Positions 33,435-44,391 of a DNA stretch of 64,000 nucleotides are shown in pieces. Below the pieces are notes generated by a model, which saw only the letters and a program-made list of their open reading frames with translations, was not told the DNA's origin and did not search any database. The stretch's first letter is position 1; the number at the start of each line of letters is the position of its first letter. Made by a program: the position numbers and the translations under genes. The DNA is taken from positions 1,963 to 65,962 of IMG/VR virus record IMGVR_UViG_3300005805_000085; one strand, given 5' to 3'. The DNA comes from an uncultured virus (IMG/VR IMGVR_UViG_3300005805_000085). Its lineage: Duplodnaviria > Heunggongvirae > Uroviricota > Caudoviricetes.

Positions 33435-35713
33435 AGCGCGTAGCCTTAATTGACAAAGCACCAAATAGAACTAGATATTCTGACTACTTTCCTTTTGAGT
33501 TTGAACACTTTCATATGAGTAGTGTTCCTATTACTAAGTTGCTCAAAAAAGATGTTGATTTAGATTTTGATCATGAACTGTATGATCTAGTTATTCTAGT
33601 GGGGGCAGAAGCTGCTAAAGAATATGCTAAAGTTACCAGCGTTACTAACATGGCTGGGCAGCTAGTAGACGATAAGTTTGTTTGTATTACTAACCCGGCA
33701 ATGCTTGCGTTCAAGCCAGAGGGTAAACCTGATTTTGAACGTGCACTAGATAAAATTATCAAGATTTATAATGGTGAAGTTAAGCCCATACAGGCTGGCG
33801 ATTATAAGGGTATTGATGATACCGTAGAAGCTAAAGAATTCTTTAGGGAAATTTTAGCTAATGCCCAAGGCGTGGTGTGTATGGACACAGAAACTACCGC
33901 ACTATATCCTCGAGATGGCTATGTGCTTGGTCTTAGTGTAACCTACAAGTCAAAACATGGCAGATACATTCTTACAGATTGCCTAGATGAGGAATGTATT
34001 CAGCTTATTCAAGAAATTGCTGATACTTTTGACATTGTATTTCATAATCTAAAGTTTGACTTCAAGATGATTCGATACCATCTTGGAATTAACTTTAGAC
34101 CAGACCATGTTCATGACACTATGGTTATGCACTATGTACTTGATGAAACTGATAGTCATGGCTTAAAAGAACTAGCCCTAAAGTATACAGATTTTGGCGA
34201 CTATGACGCTGCTCTAGATACTTTCAAAAAAGAATACTGTAGATCAAAAGGTATTCTAGAAGAGCAGTTTACCTATGACCTAATTCCTTTTGATATTATC
34301 TCAGAATATGCAAGTATTGATACTGCTGTAACTTATGAGTTGTATCAAAAATTCTGGCCTATCATTCAAAAAAATGATAAGTTTTTGTGGGTATATAAAA
34401 ATCTGTTAATTGATGGCACCGTGTTTCTCATGAATATGGAAGAAGTAGGTATTCCTATTAGTGTAGAAAGAATGCAGGCAGCAAAACTTTATTTAGACGA
34501 TCAGATTGAAGAAGCAAAACAGGCTATATTTACCTACAAGGAGGTACAAGAATTTGAAAAAGATTCTGGTAAAATCTTTAACGCTAATTCTGTGTTTCAT
34601 CTACGTGAGGTACTATTCGACTATGTTGGACTACAGCCTACAGGTAAAAAAACTAGTACCGGAGCGGTTTCTACAGACGCCGAAGTACTAGAAAAACTTA
34701 GTGAAGAACATCCTCTGCCGGGCGCTATCCTAAAAGTTAGGCAATTAGGTAAAATTCAAAATACTTACATCAATAAAATCCTGCCGGAGTTAGACAAAGA
34801 TGGTAGAATTAGGACTAATTTTAATCTTATTTTCACAACAAGCGGTCGACTTAGTTCTAGTGGGAAGTTTAATGCACAACAAATACCGCGAGATGACCCA
34901 ATCATTAAAGGATGTATTAGAGCTCCCTTGGGTTATAAAATAGTTTCACAAGATTTGACTACTGCAGAAATGTACTACGCAGCTGTACTAAGTGCAGATA
35001 AAAACCTGCAACAAGTGTTTAGCAGCGGCGGGGACTTTCATAGTACAATTGCTAAAATGGTGTTTAATCTGCCTTGCGAAGTAGATCAGGTTAAGAAACT
35101 GTATCCAGAAATGCGACAAAGTGCTAAGGCTATTAGCTTTGGTATCTTATACGGATCTGGTGCTCAAAAAGTTTCTGTAACTGTTACAAAAGCTACTGGA
35201 AAGCCCTATCCTGTTAGACAGGCACAAGATGATATTGACGCATATTTTAACAAATTTAATAAACTAAAAAAGTGGCTGGATGGTCGCAAGAAGTTTATCG
35301 AAGAAAACGGGTTTACTTATAGCTTTTTTGGCAGAAAACGCCGGCTGCCTAACGTATTTTCTAGTGATAAAGGTATTGCAGCGCACGAAGTACGCAGCGG
35401 TATTAACAGCGAAGTACAATCTCTAGCCAGCGACATGAACTTGCTGGCTGCAATGGAAACTCAACAAGAAGTTAATAACCTTGGCCTAGATGCTAAAATA
35501 TTCATGTTAGTACATGACTCTATTGTTGCGCTAGTTAATGAAAAAGATGTTGATACTTATTGCAAAATTCTAAAAACTAGAACTCAAACGGATCGTGGGT
35601 GCAGTATTTCTGGCTCACCTATTGGTGTAGATCAAGATATTGGCAACGACTATAGTTTTGGATCTTTTGAGGAAACTTATGAATTTAGGGGAGATCGTCT
35701 GGCCCGTATTTAG
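33431..35713 (+). CDS. Family A DNA polymerase with 3'-5' exonuclease
   Basis: DTET, HNLKFD, TSGRLSS, DLTTAE, RQSAKAISFGILYG, VHDS. Confidence 0.96.
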   Translation: MKRVALIDKAPNRTRYSDYFPFEFEHFHMSSVPITKLLKKDVDLDFDHELYDLVILVGAEAAKEYAKVTSVTNMAGQLVDDKFVCITNPAMLAFKPEGKPDFERALDKIIKIYNGEVKPIQAGDYKGIDDTVEAKEFFREILANAQGVVCMDTETTALYPRDGYVLGLSVTYKSKHGRYILTDCLDEECIQLIQEIADTFDIVFHNLKFDFKMIRYHLGINFRPDHVHDTMVMHYVLDETDSHGLKELALKYTDFGDYDAALDTFKKEYCRSKGILEEQFTYDLIPFDIISEYASIDTAVTYELYQKFWPIIQKNDKFLWVYKNLLIDGTVFLMNMEEVGIPISVERMQAAKLYLDDQIEEAKQAIFTYKEVQEFEKDSGKIFNANSVFHLREVLFDYVGLQPTGKKTSTGAVSTDAEVLEKLSEEHPLPGAILKVRQLGKIQNTYINKILPELDKDGRIRTNFNLIFTTSGRLSSSGKFNAQQIPRDDPIIKGCIRAPLGYKIVSQDLTTAEMYYAAVLSADKNLQQVFSSGGDFHSTIAKMVFNLPCEVDQVKKLYPEMRQSAKAISFGILYGSGAQKVSVTVTKATGKPYPVRQAQDDIDAYFNKFNKLKKWLDGRKKFIEENGFTYSFFGRKRRLPNVFSSDKGIAAHEVRSGINSEVQSLASDMNLLAAMETQQEVNNLGLDAKIFMLVHDSIVALVNEKDVDTYCKILKTRTQTDRGCSISGSPIGVDQDIGNDYSFGSFEETYEFRGDRLARI

Positions 35714-36218
35714 ACTAGGAGAACACAAGCCCACTGTTGAAGATGGGGTTGTGTTCTACTCTAAAGAGTACGTAGACAAAGATTCTACAGATAGTTTTAT
35801 AGGTTTTCGTCTTGTAGATGATAAAACTATAGATGCACCGACCCTAGGGCTGAGACGATTGCAGTTAAAATATAAACTGGATCAATCAAAACTGTTTCCT
35901 ATTACCCGTGCAATATATTTTTTGGCGGATTTAATAAAATTAGCAAAGCCTACTACATGGTTTATAGACAACCATGGAAACTTATTTCAGTATAAAAAAT
36001 CCACACGCGCCAAGCTGACTTGCCGGAAGATTAAAAGAGTGTTACCTGCGACCAATCTAGGGTGTATTCTAGAAATTGAGGGTCTAGATCAAAGATTTAA
36101 GTCCCTTAGGCATCCACAAAATGGTGAACGCTATGCTGGTATCTTACAGTGGGGTTTAGGTTATATGTTATACGGCTTATACTTAGACTCGTTTAAAACT
36201 ACCTATAGGCTAATCTAA
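35679..36218 (+). CDS. Conserved T5-like hypothetical protein
   Basis: Between pol and D10 as in T5. Confidence 0.75.
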   Translation: MNLGEIVWPVFRLGEHKPTVEDGVVFYSKEYVDKDSTDSFIGFRLVDDKTIDAPTLGLRRLQLKYKLDQSKLFPITRAIYFLADLIKLAKPTTWFIDNHGNLFQYKKSTRAKLTCRKIKRVLPATNLGCILEIEGLDQRFKSLRHPQNGERYAGILQWGLGYMLYGLYLDSFKTTYRLI

Positions 36219-36349
36219 TGATACAGTTTATAGTTAAACTATTTTGGACTATAGTTAGCTTTATTTTGCTATTACCTATAATAGGTTTAATAATTGTAGG
36301 TGTGGCAATACTCTTTGGAGTATTAAAAAGTGCCATAGTTGGGACCTAA
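36218..36349 (+). CDS. 43-aa membrane peptide
   Basis: TAATG coupling; wholly hydrophobic. Confidence 0.5.
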   Translation: MIQFIVKLFWTIVSFILLLPIIGLIIVGVAILFGVLKSAIVGT

Positions 36350-36350
36350 A

Positions 36351-37643
36351 ATGAAAGCAGTCATAAGTAATAAAATATACTTAAATAATCCAGGTGCAGA
36401 ACTATCTAAAAAAATTATTGATACACTTACCTATAAATTTAAAAAAGATACTGGCAGTAAACATTTTAGTAGTATAGAAACTATTAGAAATTATAAAATA
36501 ATTGGTAATGGTATTATTAGTGTTCCACAAGGCCGTAAGGATTTAATTCCCCAAGGCTGGGAAATAGTAGATAAACGAGTACTTATTCCTGCCCCGTTTC
36601 CAGACCCTAAGTTTGAGCTACGCCCAGAACAGCAAGAAGTATGTGATGAAATTACTGATACCTGCTTTATTAATGCACTAGTAGGCTGGGGTAAAACATT
36701 TACCGCCCTACATCTTGCTAGAAAATTAGGTCAAAAAACACTGGTAATTACGCATACTACTGCGCTTAGAGATCAGTGGTCTGAAGAAATAGAAAACTTA
36801 TTTGGTATACCAGTAGGAATTATAGGTAGTGGTAAGCTAGACTGGGAAGATCATGCTATTACCGTAGCCAATGTACAAACTCTTGTAAAACATTGCAACA
36901 CACTAAGCAAAGAATTTGGAACAGTTATCCTAGATGAAGCACATCACTGTCCAGCAACAACATTTACACAAATTATTGACACCTTCCACAGTAGATTTCG
37001 TATTGCCTTATCAGGAACAATGCAACGTAAAGATGGAAAACACGTGTTGTTTCAAGACTATTTTGGAAATCATGTTATTAAACCTGCCCAAAGTAATACA
37101 TTAGCTCCAACTGTTAGAACGGTAAATACCGGAATTACACTTAAACATGGCGCTACATGGGTTGAAAAAGTAAATACACTAGCAAATGATACTAGCTATC
37201 AAGAGTTTATTGCTAGCATTGCCAAACAAGAAATTGGTGAAGGTCATCAGGTTCTTATAATTGCAGATAGAGTGGAGTTTTTAAGAAATGTCAAAGAATA
37301 CATCGGAGAAAATTGTGTGTTGGTTACTGGCGAAACCGGGTTTGACGAGCGTCAGGCAATTAAACAACAACTCCTCAACCGTGAAAAAATGTCGATTGCT
37401 GGTAGCAGACAGATCTTCTCAGAAGGAATTTCAATCAACTCACTCTCCTGTGTTATCCTAGCAATACCAATGAACAACGATAGCTTACTAGAACAAATTA
37501 TTGGTAGAATACAGCGACAATATCCTGATAAATTAGATCCACTAGTAATAGACTTACAGTTTGCTGGTTGGGCCGATAAAAAGCAAAACAGAAACCGCTT
37601 AGGCTTGTACCTTAGAAAGGGCTGGCACATTGAAACGGTTTAA
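36351..37643 (+). CDS. SF2 helicase (T5 D10/UvsW-like)
   Basis: GWGKT, DEAHH, LSGT, EQIIGRIQR. Confidence 0.92.
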   Translation: MKAVISNKIYLNNPGAELSKKIIDTLTYKFKKDTGSKHFSSIETIRNYKIIGNGIISVPQGRKDLIPQGWEIVDKRVLIPAPFPDPKFELRPEQQEVCDEITDTCFINALVGWGKTFTALHLARKLGQKTLVITHTTALRDQWSEEIENLFGIPVGIIGSGKLDWEDHAITVANVQTLVKHCNTLSKEFGTVILDEAHHCPATTFTQIIDTFHSRFRIALSGTMQRKDGKHVLFQDYFGNHVIKPAQSNTLAPTVRTVNTGITLKHGATWVEKVNTLANDTSYQEFIASIAKQEIGEGHQVLIIADRVEFLRNVKEYIGENCVLVTGETGFDERQAIKQQLLNREKMSIAGSRQIFSEGISINSLSCVILAIPMNNDSLLEQIIGRIQRQYPDKLDPLVIDLQFAGWADKKQNRNRLGLYLRKGWHIETV

Positions 37644-37654
37644 AAAATTTTGAC

Positions 37655-37683
37655 TTGCAAAATGTTCTACAAAGTGATATAAT
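37655..37683 (+). promoter_or_regulatory. T5-type promoter
   Basis: TTGCAA-N17-TATAAT. Confidence 0.75.
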
Positions 37684-37701
37684 ATTATTTTACTTCAAAG
37701 A

Positions 37702-38103
37702 ATGATCTTCTTTTTTAACCTAAACAAATTAGAGTTTGCTACAAACAACGACCCTGAATATTTAGTTGCAGCTCTACAAAAGTGTTTTCTTGGTATTCGG
37801 ATACCTAAAAATGCACGAGAAAAGTACAAACCTATTCCGGGGCTAGAAGCAGGCAGTAGTTATTTGTTAAATCCAAAAGCACTATTTGAAGATAAAATAA
37901 CAGATGCAATATTTAAGGCACAGTATATTAGGCTAGCTGGACGCAGAGATTATCTTTCCTATAAAACCATAAAACAAAAACATCTTGACTTAACCTTATA
38001 CCCAGACTTAAATATAGCTACAATTAAACACAATCCGCTATTAATAATTGAACACGCACATTTAAAATTTATATACGAGGAAACAAATGGCACTCTCATT
38101 TAA
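37702..38103 (+). CDS. Conserved T5-like hypothetical protein
   Basis: GSSYLLNP..QYIRLAGRRDY; synteny. Confidence 0.75.
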   Translation: MIFFFNLNKLEFATNNDPEYLVAALQKCFLGIRIPKNAREKYKPIPGLEAGSSYLLNPKALFEDKITDAIFKAQYIRLAGRRDYLSYKTIKQKHLDLTLYPDLNIATIKHNPLLIIEHAHLKFIYEETNGTLI

Positions 38104-38731
38104 ACAAACCAAAGGCAAAGCACAAACATCTAAAGTTGAATCTTACGAGTACAAAGACGGAGAAAACTCTGTTAGGCTTATTGGTGGGGTTCTTCCACGC
38201 TATGTATACTGGGTAAAAGGCACTAATAACAAAGATATTCCTATTGAATGTCTAGCTTTTAGTCGTGAAAAAGAAAAATTTGATAATCTAGAAAAAGATT
38301 GGGTACAAGATTCATATCCTGACTTAAAGTGTAGTTGGAGCTATGCAGTTAATTGTATTGATCCTAAAGATGGAAAAGTTAAAGTACTAAATCTTAAAAA
38401 GAAACTGTTTGAGCAAATCCTAACTGCTGCAGAAGACTTGGGCGATCCTACTGACTACGATACTGGTTGGGATGTTGTATTTAAACGAGTTAAAACTGGC
38501 CCACTAGCTTTTAATGTTGAATACACCTTGCAAGTTCTTCGCTGCAAGCCTCGCAGTCTTAACGATAACGAGCGTAAGCTAGCTGATACCGCAGTATCTA
38601 TTGATGAAAAGTATCCTCGCCCCACCAGCGACGAGGTAAAAGCTCTAATCGAGAAACTGCAAAAAGGTCAAGAAGAAGAACAAGAGAATCAAACAGATAG
38701 CGAACGTGAAGCTGTTAAAGATTTAGCTTAA
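38087..38731 (+). CDS. T5 D11-like ssDNA-binding protein
   Basis: GVLPRYVYW, LKKKLFEQI, GWDVVFKR.KTGP; acidic tail. Confidence 0.85.
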   Translation: MALSFKQTKGKAQTSKVESYEYKDGENSVRLIGGVLPRYVYWVKGTNNKDIPIECLAFSREKEKFDNLEKDWVQDSYPDLKCSWSYAVNCIDPKDGKVKVLNLKKKLFEQILTAAEDLGDPTDYDTGWDVVFKRVKTGPLAFNVEYTLQVLRCKPRSLNDNERKLADTAVSIDEKYPRPTSDEVKALIEKLQKGQEEEQENQTDSEREAVKDLA

Positions 38732-38737
38732 TAATCC

Positions 38738-38771
38738 AGCCTGCTAAGCCAAAAGTTTAGCAGGCTATTTT
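38738..38771 (+). terminator. Terminator
   Basis: AGCCTGCTAAGC..GTTTAGCAGGCT followed by ATTTT. Confidence 0.75.
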
Positions 38772-38781
38772 ATCTTATATT

Positions 38782-39744
38782 ATGAAATTACTTTTTACAG
38801 CCGACATTCACATTAAACTAGGTCAAAAGAATGTGCCCACAGAATGGGCTAAAAATAGATTTCAGCTATTTGTAGATCAATTTCATGAGATGCAAGATAA
38901 AGCTGATATGATTATTATAGGCGGTGATATATTTGACAGACTGCCTAATATGGATGAAGTCGAGCTATATTTTGACCTAGTAGCTAGCCTTCAAAAACCC
39001 AGTGTTATTTATAGTGGTAATCACGAAATGCTTAAAAAGGATACTACCTTTTTAACATATCTTAAACGTGCAACTAATCGACTAAATAAACTAGTAACTG
39101 TATGTGACGATTATAGGAGTGATTTACTTGGTGGAGACATTGATATTATTCCTTATAATAAATTACGGGATTTTCAAGATAATTACAGTACTTTAAATTT
39201 TCATGGTAGAGTACTAGTAACTCATGTTCGTGGAGATATTCCTCCACACGTTAAATCAGAAATTAATCTAGAACTACTAAATCGTTGGCAAGTAGTACTA
39301 GCAGGAGATCTACACAGTTATGAAAACTCTCAGCGTAATATTCTCTATCCCGGTAGTCCTTATACTACTAGTTTTCATCGTAACAGAGTTGAAACTGGAT
39401 GCATCTTACTTGACTTGGACAATTTGGAACATGAGTGGCTAAAGTTTGACCTACCACAGCTTATTAAGCGAACAGTAGGTGTGGACGACCCTAAACCGCA
39501 GACATACCCCGATCATACAATCTATGAGATTGAGGGTAACTTGCACGAATTAAGTCAACTAGAAGATAGTGACCTAATCGATAAAAAAGTAGTAAAACGA
39601 GCACAAGATACTCAGCTTATTCTAGACCCTAATATGACTATGGCTGAAGAAATCAGGGAATATTTAACATATATACTAGAACTTCCTGATAAAATAATTG
39701 AACAAGTAATTGAGGAGTTTTATAATAATGACCGAACAAAATAA
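38782..39744 (+). CDS. SbcD/Mre11-like nuclease (T5 D12)
   Basis: ADIH, GGDIFD, GNHE, GDLH, YPGSP. Confidence 0.92.
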   Translation: MKLLFTADIHIKLGQKNVPTEWAKNRFQLFVDQFHEMQDKADMIIIGGDIFDRLPNMDEVELYFDLVASLQKPSVIYSGNHEMLKKDTTFLTYLKRATNRLNKLVTVCDDYRSDLLGGDIDIIPYNKLRDFQDNYSTLNFHGRVLVTHVRGDIPPHVKSEINLELLNRWQVVLAGDLHSYENSQRNILYPGSPYTTSFHRNRVETGCILLDLDNLEHEWLKFDLPQLIKRTVGVDDPKPQTYPDHTIYEIEGNLHELSQLEDSDLIDKKVVKRAQDTQLILDPNMTMAEEIREYLTYILELPDKIIEQVIEEFYNNDRTK

Positions 39745-40027
39745 TACTCAAACAGATTCTCCAATTGAATTAAAAAATATTATACTATGGTCACAACCTA
39801 ATTGTATAGCTTGTGATATAGTTAAAGGAATTTTTGATAATATTTTAAAAGTTCCGTATACAGTAAAAATTATAAAAGACGATATTAGTAAAGAAGAATT
39901 TTATAAAATGTTTCCAAATGCAAGAACTGTTCCACAAATTGTAATTAATGGAAATATTATTGGAGGATTTTCAGAATTACAAGGAATGATTAGAAATGGT
40001 CTTATTAAAACAACTAACGTGGTCTAA
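39728..40027 (+). CDS. Glutaredoxin
   Basis: CIAC, ARTVPQI, IGGFSEL. Confidence 0.8.
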   Translation: MTEQNNTQTDSPIELKNIILWSQPNCIACDIVKGIFDNILKVPYTVKIIKDDISKEEFYKMFPNARTVPQIVINGNIIGGFSELQGMIRNGLIKTTNVV

Positions 40028-41792
40028 TTGTTTTAGCTATGGTAGTAATAATTCTATAAACTTTAATAAAAATCCATTAGTTCAATTAGTTGGTAAAAAC
40101 GGACACGGTAAAAGTTCTATAGCTCTTATACTTGAAGAAGTTTTATACAATAAGAATAGTAAAGGTATTAAAAAAGCAGATATTTTAAACCGATATGTAA
40201 AAGATAATTGGTATGGAATAGAGCTTGTACTAGCTAAAGATAACAATGAATATAAGATAGAAACAAAACGATCTGGTTCTCAGATTGTTAAGCTGTATAA
40301 GAATGGCAAAGATATAAGTGGACATACTGCTACTACTACCTATAAAATTATTGAAGATATTATAGGTATAGATCATAAAACTTTTACACAAGTAGTTTAT
40401 CAAAGCGGAGCAAATAGTCTAGAGTTTTTAACTAGTGCTGATACAGCTCGTAAAAAGTTTTTAATTGAGCTCCTAAACTTAACCAGATACACAGAAGCAG
40501 GTGATCAGTTTAAACGTTTACATCAAGATCTAGGGGTACTAGTAGCCGGTGCAGAATCTAAGTTACGAACAATTCAAGACTGGATTGATAAGTATAACAA
40601 ACAAAATTTAGAACAAAAACCACTCCTACCAGTTCCTCCCCAACCAGAAGATGATATAAGCCAATATGCTAGTATTCGAGAAACTATTAGTACTATAAGT
40701 GCTAAAAATAAAAAGATTTCTCAGAATAATACTTATAAAGAAATACAAAGTAAATTACAAATTTTACCCGTTCCAGAAAAGCCTACAGAAAATATAAATG
40801 AATATATAACTAAACGAGCAGAACATGATAAGGCTGCACAAGATGCTCAACAGTTTATTCGTAAACTTACTAATCTATCAGATTCTTGTCCTACTTGTTT
40901 ACAAGCAATTAATAAAGATAAAACTCAACAATTACTTAGTGAATATGAACAGATTGTTACAACTAGTAAAGAGTTTAGTAAACAAATAAATGCAAAAATT
41001 CAAGATGTTGAAAACAGATTAAAACTGTGGAAAAATGCCTTAGATGCTCAAATTGATTGGGAAAAATACTATCAATTAATTGATAATGATTTACCCAGTG
41101 AACTTCTAGATGAAAAAATTCTACAAAAACAGTTAGATGATTTGCAAAAGTCCATACAACAAGCTAAAACTGCAATTCAAACTATTGAACTAGAAAATCA
41201 AGCACGACAACAACATAACAGTAAAGCAGAACTTTTAAAGTCTCAACTTGCTGATATGCAAGAAGATCTAAATACTTGGCAAGCTAATCTTAATAGCTTA
41301 CAAAGCCGCTTAAATATATTAGCAATTCTAGTAAAAACATTTAGTACAACTGGCTTAGTAGCCTATAAAATAGAAAACTTAGTAAAAGATCTAGAAGTAC
41401 TAACTAATCAGTATTTAGCTGAATTAAGTGGTGGAAGATTTCAACTTGCATTTGAGATTAGTGGTAATGACAAACTTAATGTTATTATTGTAGACAATGG
41501 TAATAACATTGATATACAAGCACTAAGCGGTGGAGAGCGTGCTAGGGTTAATGTAGCTACACTGCTTGCTATTCGTAAGCTAATGCAGAGTCTCAGCCAA
41601 AACAGAGTAAACTTACTAATCTTAGATGAAACTGTAGAAGCTCTAGACTTAGACGGAAAAGAAAAACTAGTAGAAATTCTTTTACGCGAAGAAAATTTAA
41701 ATACACTACTAGTATCACACGGCTTTACCCATCCCCTGCTAGAAAAAATTACGGTTGTTAAAAAGCAAAATATTTCTAAGATAGAGGACTAA
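39996..41792 (+). CDS. SbcC/Rad50-like ATPase (T5 D13)
   Basis: GKNGHGKSS, CPTC hook, LSGGE, LILDE, SH. Confidence 0.93.
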   Translation: MVLLKQLTWSNCFSYGSNNSINFNKNPLVQLVGKNGHGKSSIALILEEVLYNKNSKGIKKADILNRYVKDNWYGIELVLAKDNNEYKIETKRSGSQIVKLYKNGKDISGHTATTTYKIIEDIIGIDHKTFTQVVYQSGANSLEFLTSADTARKKFLIELLNLTRYTEAGDQFKRLHQDLGVLVAGAESKLRTIQDWIDKYNKQNLEQKPLLPVPPQPEDDISQYASIRETISTISAKNKKISQNNTYKEIQSKLQILPVPEKPTENINEYITKRAEHDKAAQDAQQFIRKLTNLSDSCPTCLQAINKDKTQQLLSEYEQIVTTSKEFSKQINAKIQDVENRLKLWKNALDAQIDWEKYYQLIDNDLPSELLDEKILQKQLDDLQKSIQQAKTAIQTIELENQARQQHNSKAELLKSQLADMQEDLNTWQANLNSLQSRLNILAILVKTFSTTGLVAYKIENLVKDLEVLTNQYLAELSGGRFQLAFEISGNDKLNVIIVDNGNNIDIQALSGGERARVNVATLLAIRKLMQSLSQNRVNLLILDETVEALDLDGKEKLVEILLREENLNTLLVSHGFTHPLLEKITVVKKQNISKIED

Positions 41793-42440
41793 ATGTTAGA
41801 AACTATATGTGACATATTTCAAGAAGGGTATAGACGTGGCTGGGTAACTACTCGAGATGGAAATGCTAGTATTAGGTATCGTGAGCAAAAATACTTTTAT
41901 GTAACTCCTAGTGGTGTTCGTAAGCAAACACTTCAACCAGATCAATTTAAAAAACTAAATATTATTAGTGGAATACATAGTGGAATAGTAGGTCCAGATA
42001 TGTATTGGATAGACTGGAAAGAAGCTGAACATACACCTATAAGTAAAAACTTAAAGCCTAGTGGCGAAATTCCTATGCACTTTGCCTTGCAAAAGGAAAT
42101 TACTACAGATACCAGAGTTGTTTTACACTTACACCCTACTTATACAACTGCAGCTATGTATAAAGGAATTGATCTAACAACATTATCTGATGAATTTCCT
42201 GAGTTAAGTAGGTATACTAAAGTAGGTAAAACTGTTCCAGCATTTTTACCACTAACTCAAGAATTAGCTGATGCGTGTGTTCGAAATCTTGGACTTGAAC
42301 TAGACGGCTCATTAGAGTATAATATAGTAGGAATGGATAGGCATGGCGTTGTAGCTGTAGATACCAGTCCTTGGCGTGCTTTTGAACATATTGAAAGGTT
42401 AGAGCATATATGTAAAATTATTTTACATGGAGCTACATAG
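41793..42440 (+). CDS. Class II aldolase/adducin family protein
   Basis: DGNAS, VTPSG, PSGEIPMH, HLHP, HG. Confidence 0.88.
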   Translation: MLETICDIFQEGYRRGWVTTRDGNASIRYREQKYFYVTPSGVRKQTLQPDQFKKLNIISGIHSGIVGPDMYWIDWKEAEHTPISKNLKPSGEIPMHFALQKEITTDTRVVLHLHPTYTTAAMYKGIDLTTLSDEFPELSRYTKVGKTVPAFLPLTQELADACVRNLGLELDGSLEYNIVGMDRHGVVAVDTSPWRAFEHIERLEHICKIILHGAT

Positions 42441-42616
42441 TGAAGCCCAAACGCTCAAAGATTGTAAAAGGCAAGCATACCACATTTGTTTATCATGCTG
42501 GTGGTAAAGTAGATATGATAACTGATTGGGATGCCCTAGCCAAAGAAATAAATCAAGCAATAGAATCGTGGAAAAAGTCAAATAAGCCCGTAAAGACTAA
42601 ACCATTTCAAACTTAG
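42440..42616 (+). CDS. 58-aa hypothetical protein
   Basis: GTG-start ORF coupled on both sides (TAGTG). Confidence 0.55.
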   Translation: MKPKRSKIVKGKHTTFVYHAGGKVDMITDWDALAKEINQAIESWKKSNKPVKTKPFQT

Positions 42617-43071
42617 TGGTAGATAGCCGACAAAAAGGTGCCAGAACCGAAACCAAAGTAAAAGAATTTTTACGAGAACATACCCAGTTAAAGTGGGAAC
42701 GAGTTCCAGGCTCTGGTGCACTAAATGAAAAACATGGCTTAAAAGGTGACTTATATATTCCGGGCGAAAAGAATATATACTGTGTAGAAGTAAAAGGCTA
42801 TGCAGACGATCATCTTACTAGCCATATATTAACCAGTAAAAGTCCTACACTCTTAGACTGGTGGCAACAAACTATACGAGAAAGTGGTCAAGTTAGTAAA
42901 CAACCACTACTATTCTTTAAGTTTGATCGTAGTAAAATATTTGTAGCATTTCAAGATATACCTAATGATCTATATCCTTATGTGTATATAAACAGAGATG
43001 ATTATAAATTTTTTGTTGCACTAGCAGAAGATTGGGTAACCAGCGAAACTATAAAATTCATATATGAGTAA
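42616..43071 (+). CDS. T5 D14-like Holliday-junction resolvase/endonuclease
   Basis: SRQKGAR.E, RVPGSGA, GDL, VEVK. Confidence 0.88.
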   Translation: MVDSRQKGARTETKVKEFLREHTQLKWERVPGSGALNEKHGLKGDLYIPGEKNIYCVEVKGYADDHLTSHILTSKSPTLLDWWQQTIRESGQVSKQPLLFFKFDRSKIFVAFQDIPNDLYPYVYINRDDYKFFVALAEDWVTSETIKFIYE

Positions 43072-43906
43072 ATCATTTCAACAAGTAAGCGAACTAGAAA
43101 ATACCTTAATGGTAGTTGATGCCTTAAACTTAGCATTTCGCTGGAAGCATAATGGCAGTACAGACTTTTATGAAGATTACCTGCGTACAGTAGATAGTCT
43201 TAAAAAGAGTTATAAAGCTCGCTGGGTTATTATAGCTGCCGATCAAGGTTCAAGCAGCTATCGTAAACAGATTTATCCTGAGTATAAGCAAAACCGAAAA
43301 GATAAATTTGCTGAACAAACTGAAGCGGAACGTGCAGCTTTTGAGCGATTTTTTGAAGATTATCAGCACACACTAGACTGGATTCGTACTCAAACTACAT
43401 ATCCGGTTGTTCAGTTTCCACAAACTGAGGCTGATGATATAGCTGCCTATATTACTCAGCAAGTCAAAAACTATCCTATTACTCATACTTGGCTAATTAG
43501 CAGTGATAAAGACTGGGACTTGTTAGTGGGTGAAGATACTAGCAGATTTAGTTATGTAACACGCAAAGAAGTTACAGCTAATAATTGGCACACTCACTAC
43601 GACTTTACACAAGATCAATACATTAGTATTAAATGCCTAATGGGAGATACAGGAGATAATGTGCGCGGTGTAGAAGGCATTGGCCCTAAACGTGCTCATC
43701 AACTTGTGGAAGAATGGGGCACTGCTCTAGACATAGTTGCAAATCTACCTATCTCCAGCAAACTAAAATACGTTAAAACACTTAATGATAGTGCAGATAC
43801 TATCATGCTAAACTATCAGCTTATGGACTTAGTTACATACTGTGCAGATGCACTAGGTTCTAATACACAACAAATAGACACTATCCTACAAGAGTATATT
43901 AAATGA
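43064..43906 (+). CDS. Flap endonuclease / 5'-3' exonuclease (T5 D15)
   Basis: VDALNLAFR, YKQNR, EADD, SSDKD, GDTGDN, GIGPK. Confidence 0.94.
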   Translation: MSKSFQQVSELENTLMVVDALNLAFRWKHNGSTDFYEDYLRTVDSLKKSYKARWVIIAADQGSSSYRKQIYPEYKQNRKDKFAEQTEAERAAFERFFEDYQHTLDWIRTQTTYPVVQFPQTEADDIAAYITQQVKNYPITHTWLISSDKDWDLLVGEDTSRFSYVTRKEVTANNWHTHYDFTQDQYISIKCLMGDTGDNVRGVEGIGPKRAHQLVEEWGTALDIVANLPISSKLKYVKTLNDSADTIMLNYQLMDLVTYCADALGSNTQQIDTILQEYIK

Positions 43907-44382
43907 TAAACGGCGCAACATTAACAGGAACAACTAATATAGCAGGGTTTTATAGTAGTACACTTAATATTCAATGTTTACGACTAACGGCAGATGCAGA
44001 ATTACCTAAACGTCAGCATCCCACAGACGCAGGAGCAGATCTGTGCTGCATAGAAGATATAGATCTGTATCCTGAAGAAACCAAAGCTGTTGGTACAGGT
44101 ATAGCAGTCAAAATTCCAATGGGCTTTGTCGGGTTAATCTTTAACAGATCCAGTCAAGGAAAAAGGGGAATCATACTGCCTAATAGCGTAGGCGTTATAG
44201 ACAGTGATTACCGTGGCGAACTAAAAATTCTCTTAAAAAATATTTCAGGCGATAAGTATAAAATTTCACAAGGCGACAGAATTGCACAGCTAGTAATAGT
44301 ACCAATTCAATTAGCTACATTTACAGACTGCTGGAATGATACCCAACGAGGTACAGGCGGATTTGGCAGCACAGGAACATAG
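43903..44382 (+). CDS. dut: Trimeric dUTPase
   Basis: AGADL, RSS, GVIDSDYRGE, RIAQL, RGTGGFGSTG. Confidence 0.95.
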   Translation: MINGATLTGTTNIAGFYSSTLNIQCLRLTADAELPKRQHPTDAGADLCCIEDIDLYPEETKAVGTGIAVKIPMGFVGLIFNRSSQGKRGIILPNSVGVIDSDYRGELKILLKNISGDKYKISQGDRIAQLVIVPIQLATFTDCWNDTQRGTGGFGSTGT

Positions 44383-44391
44383 AGGAGTAAC

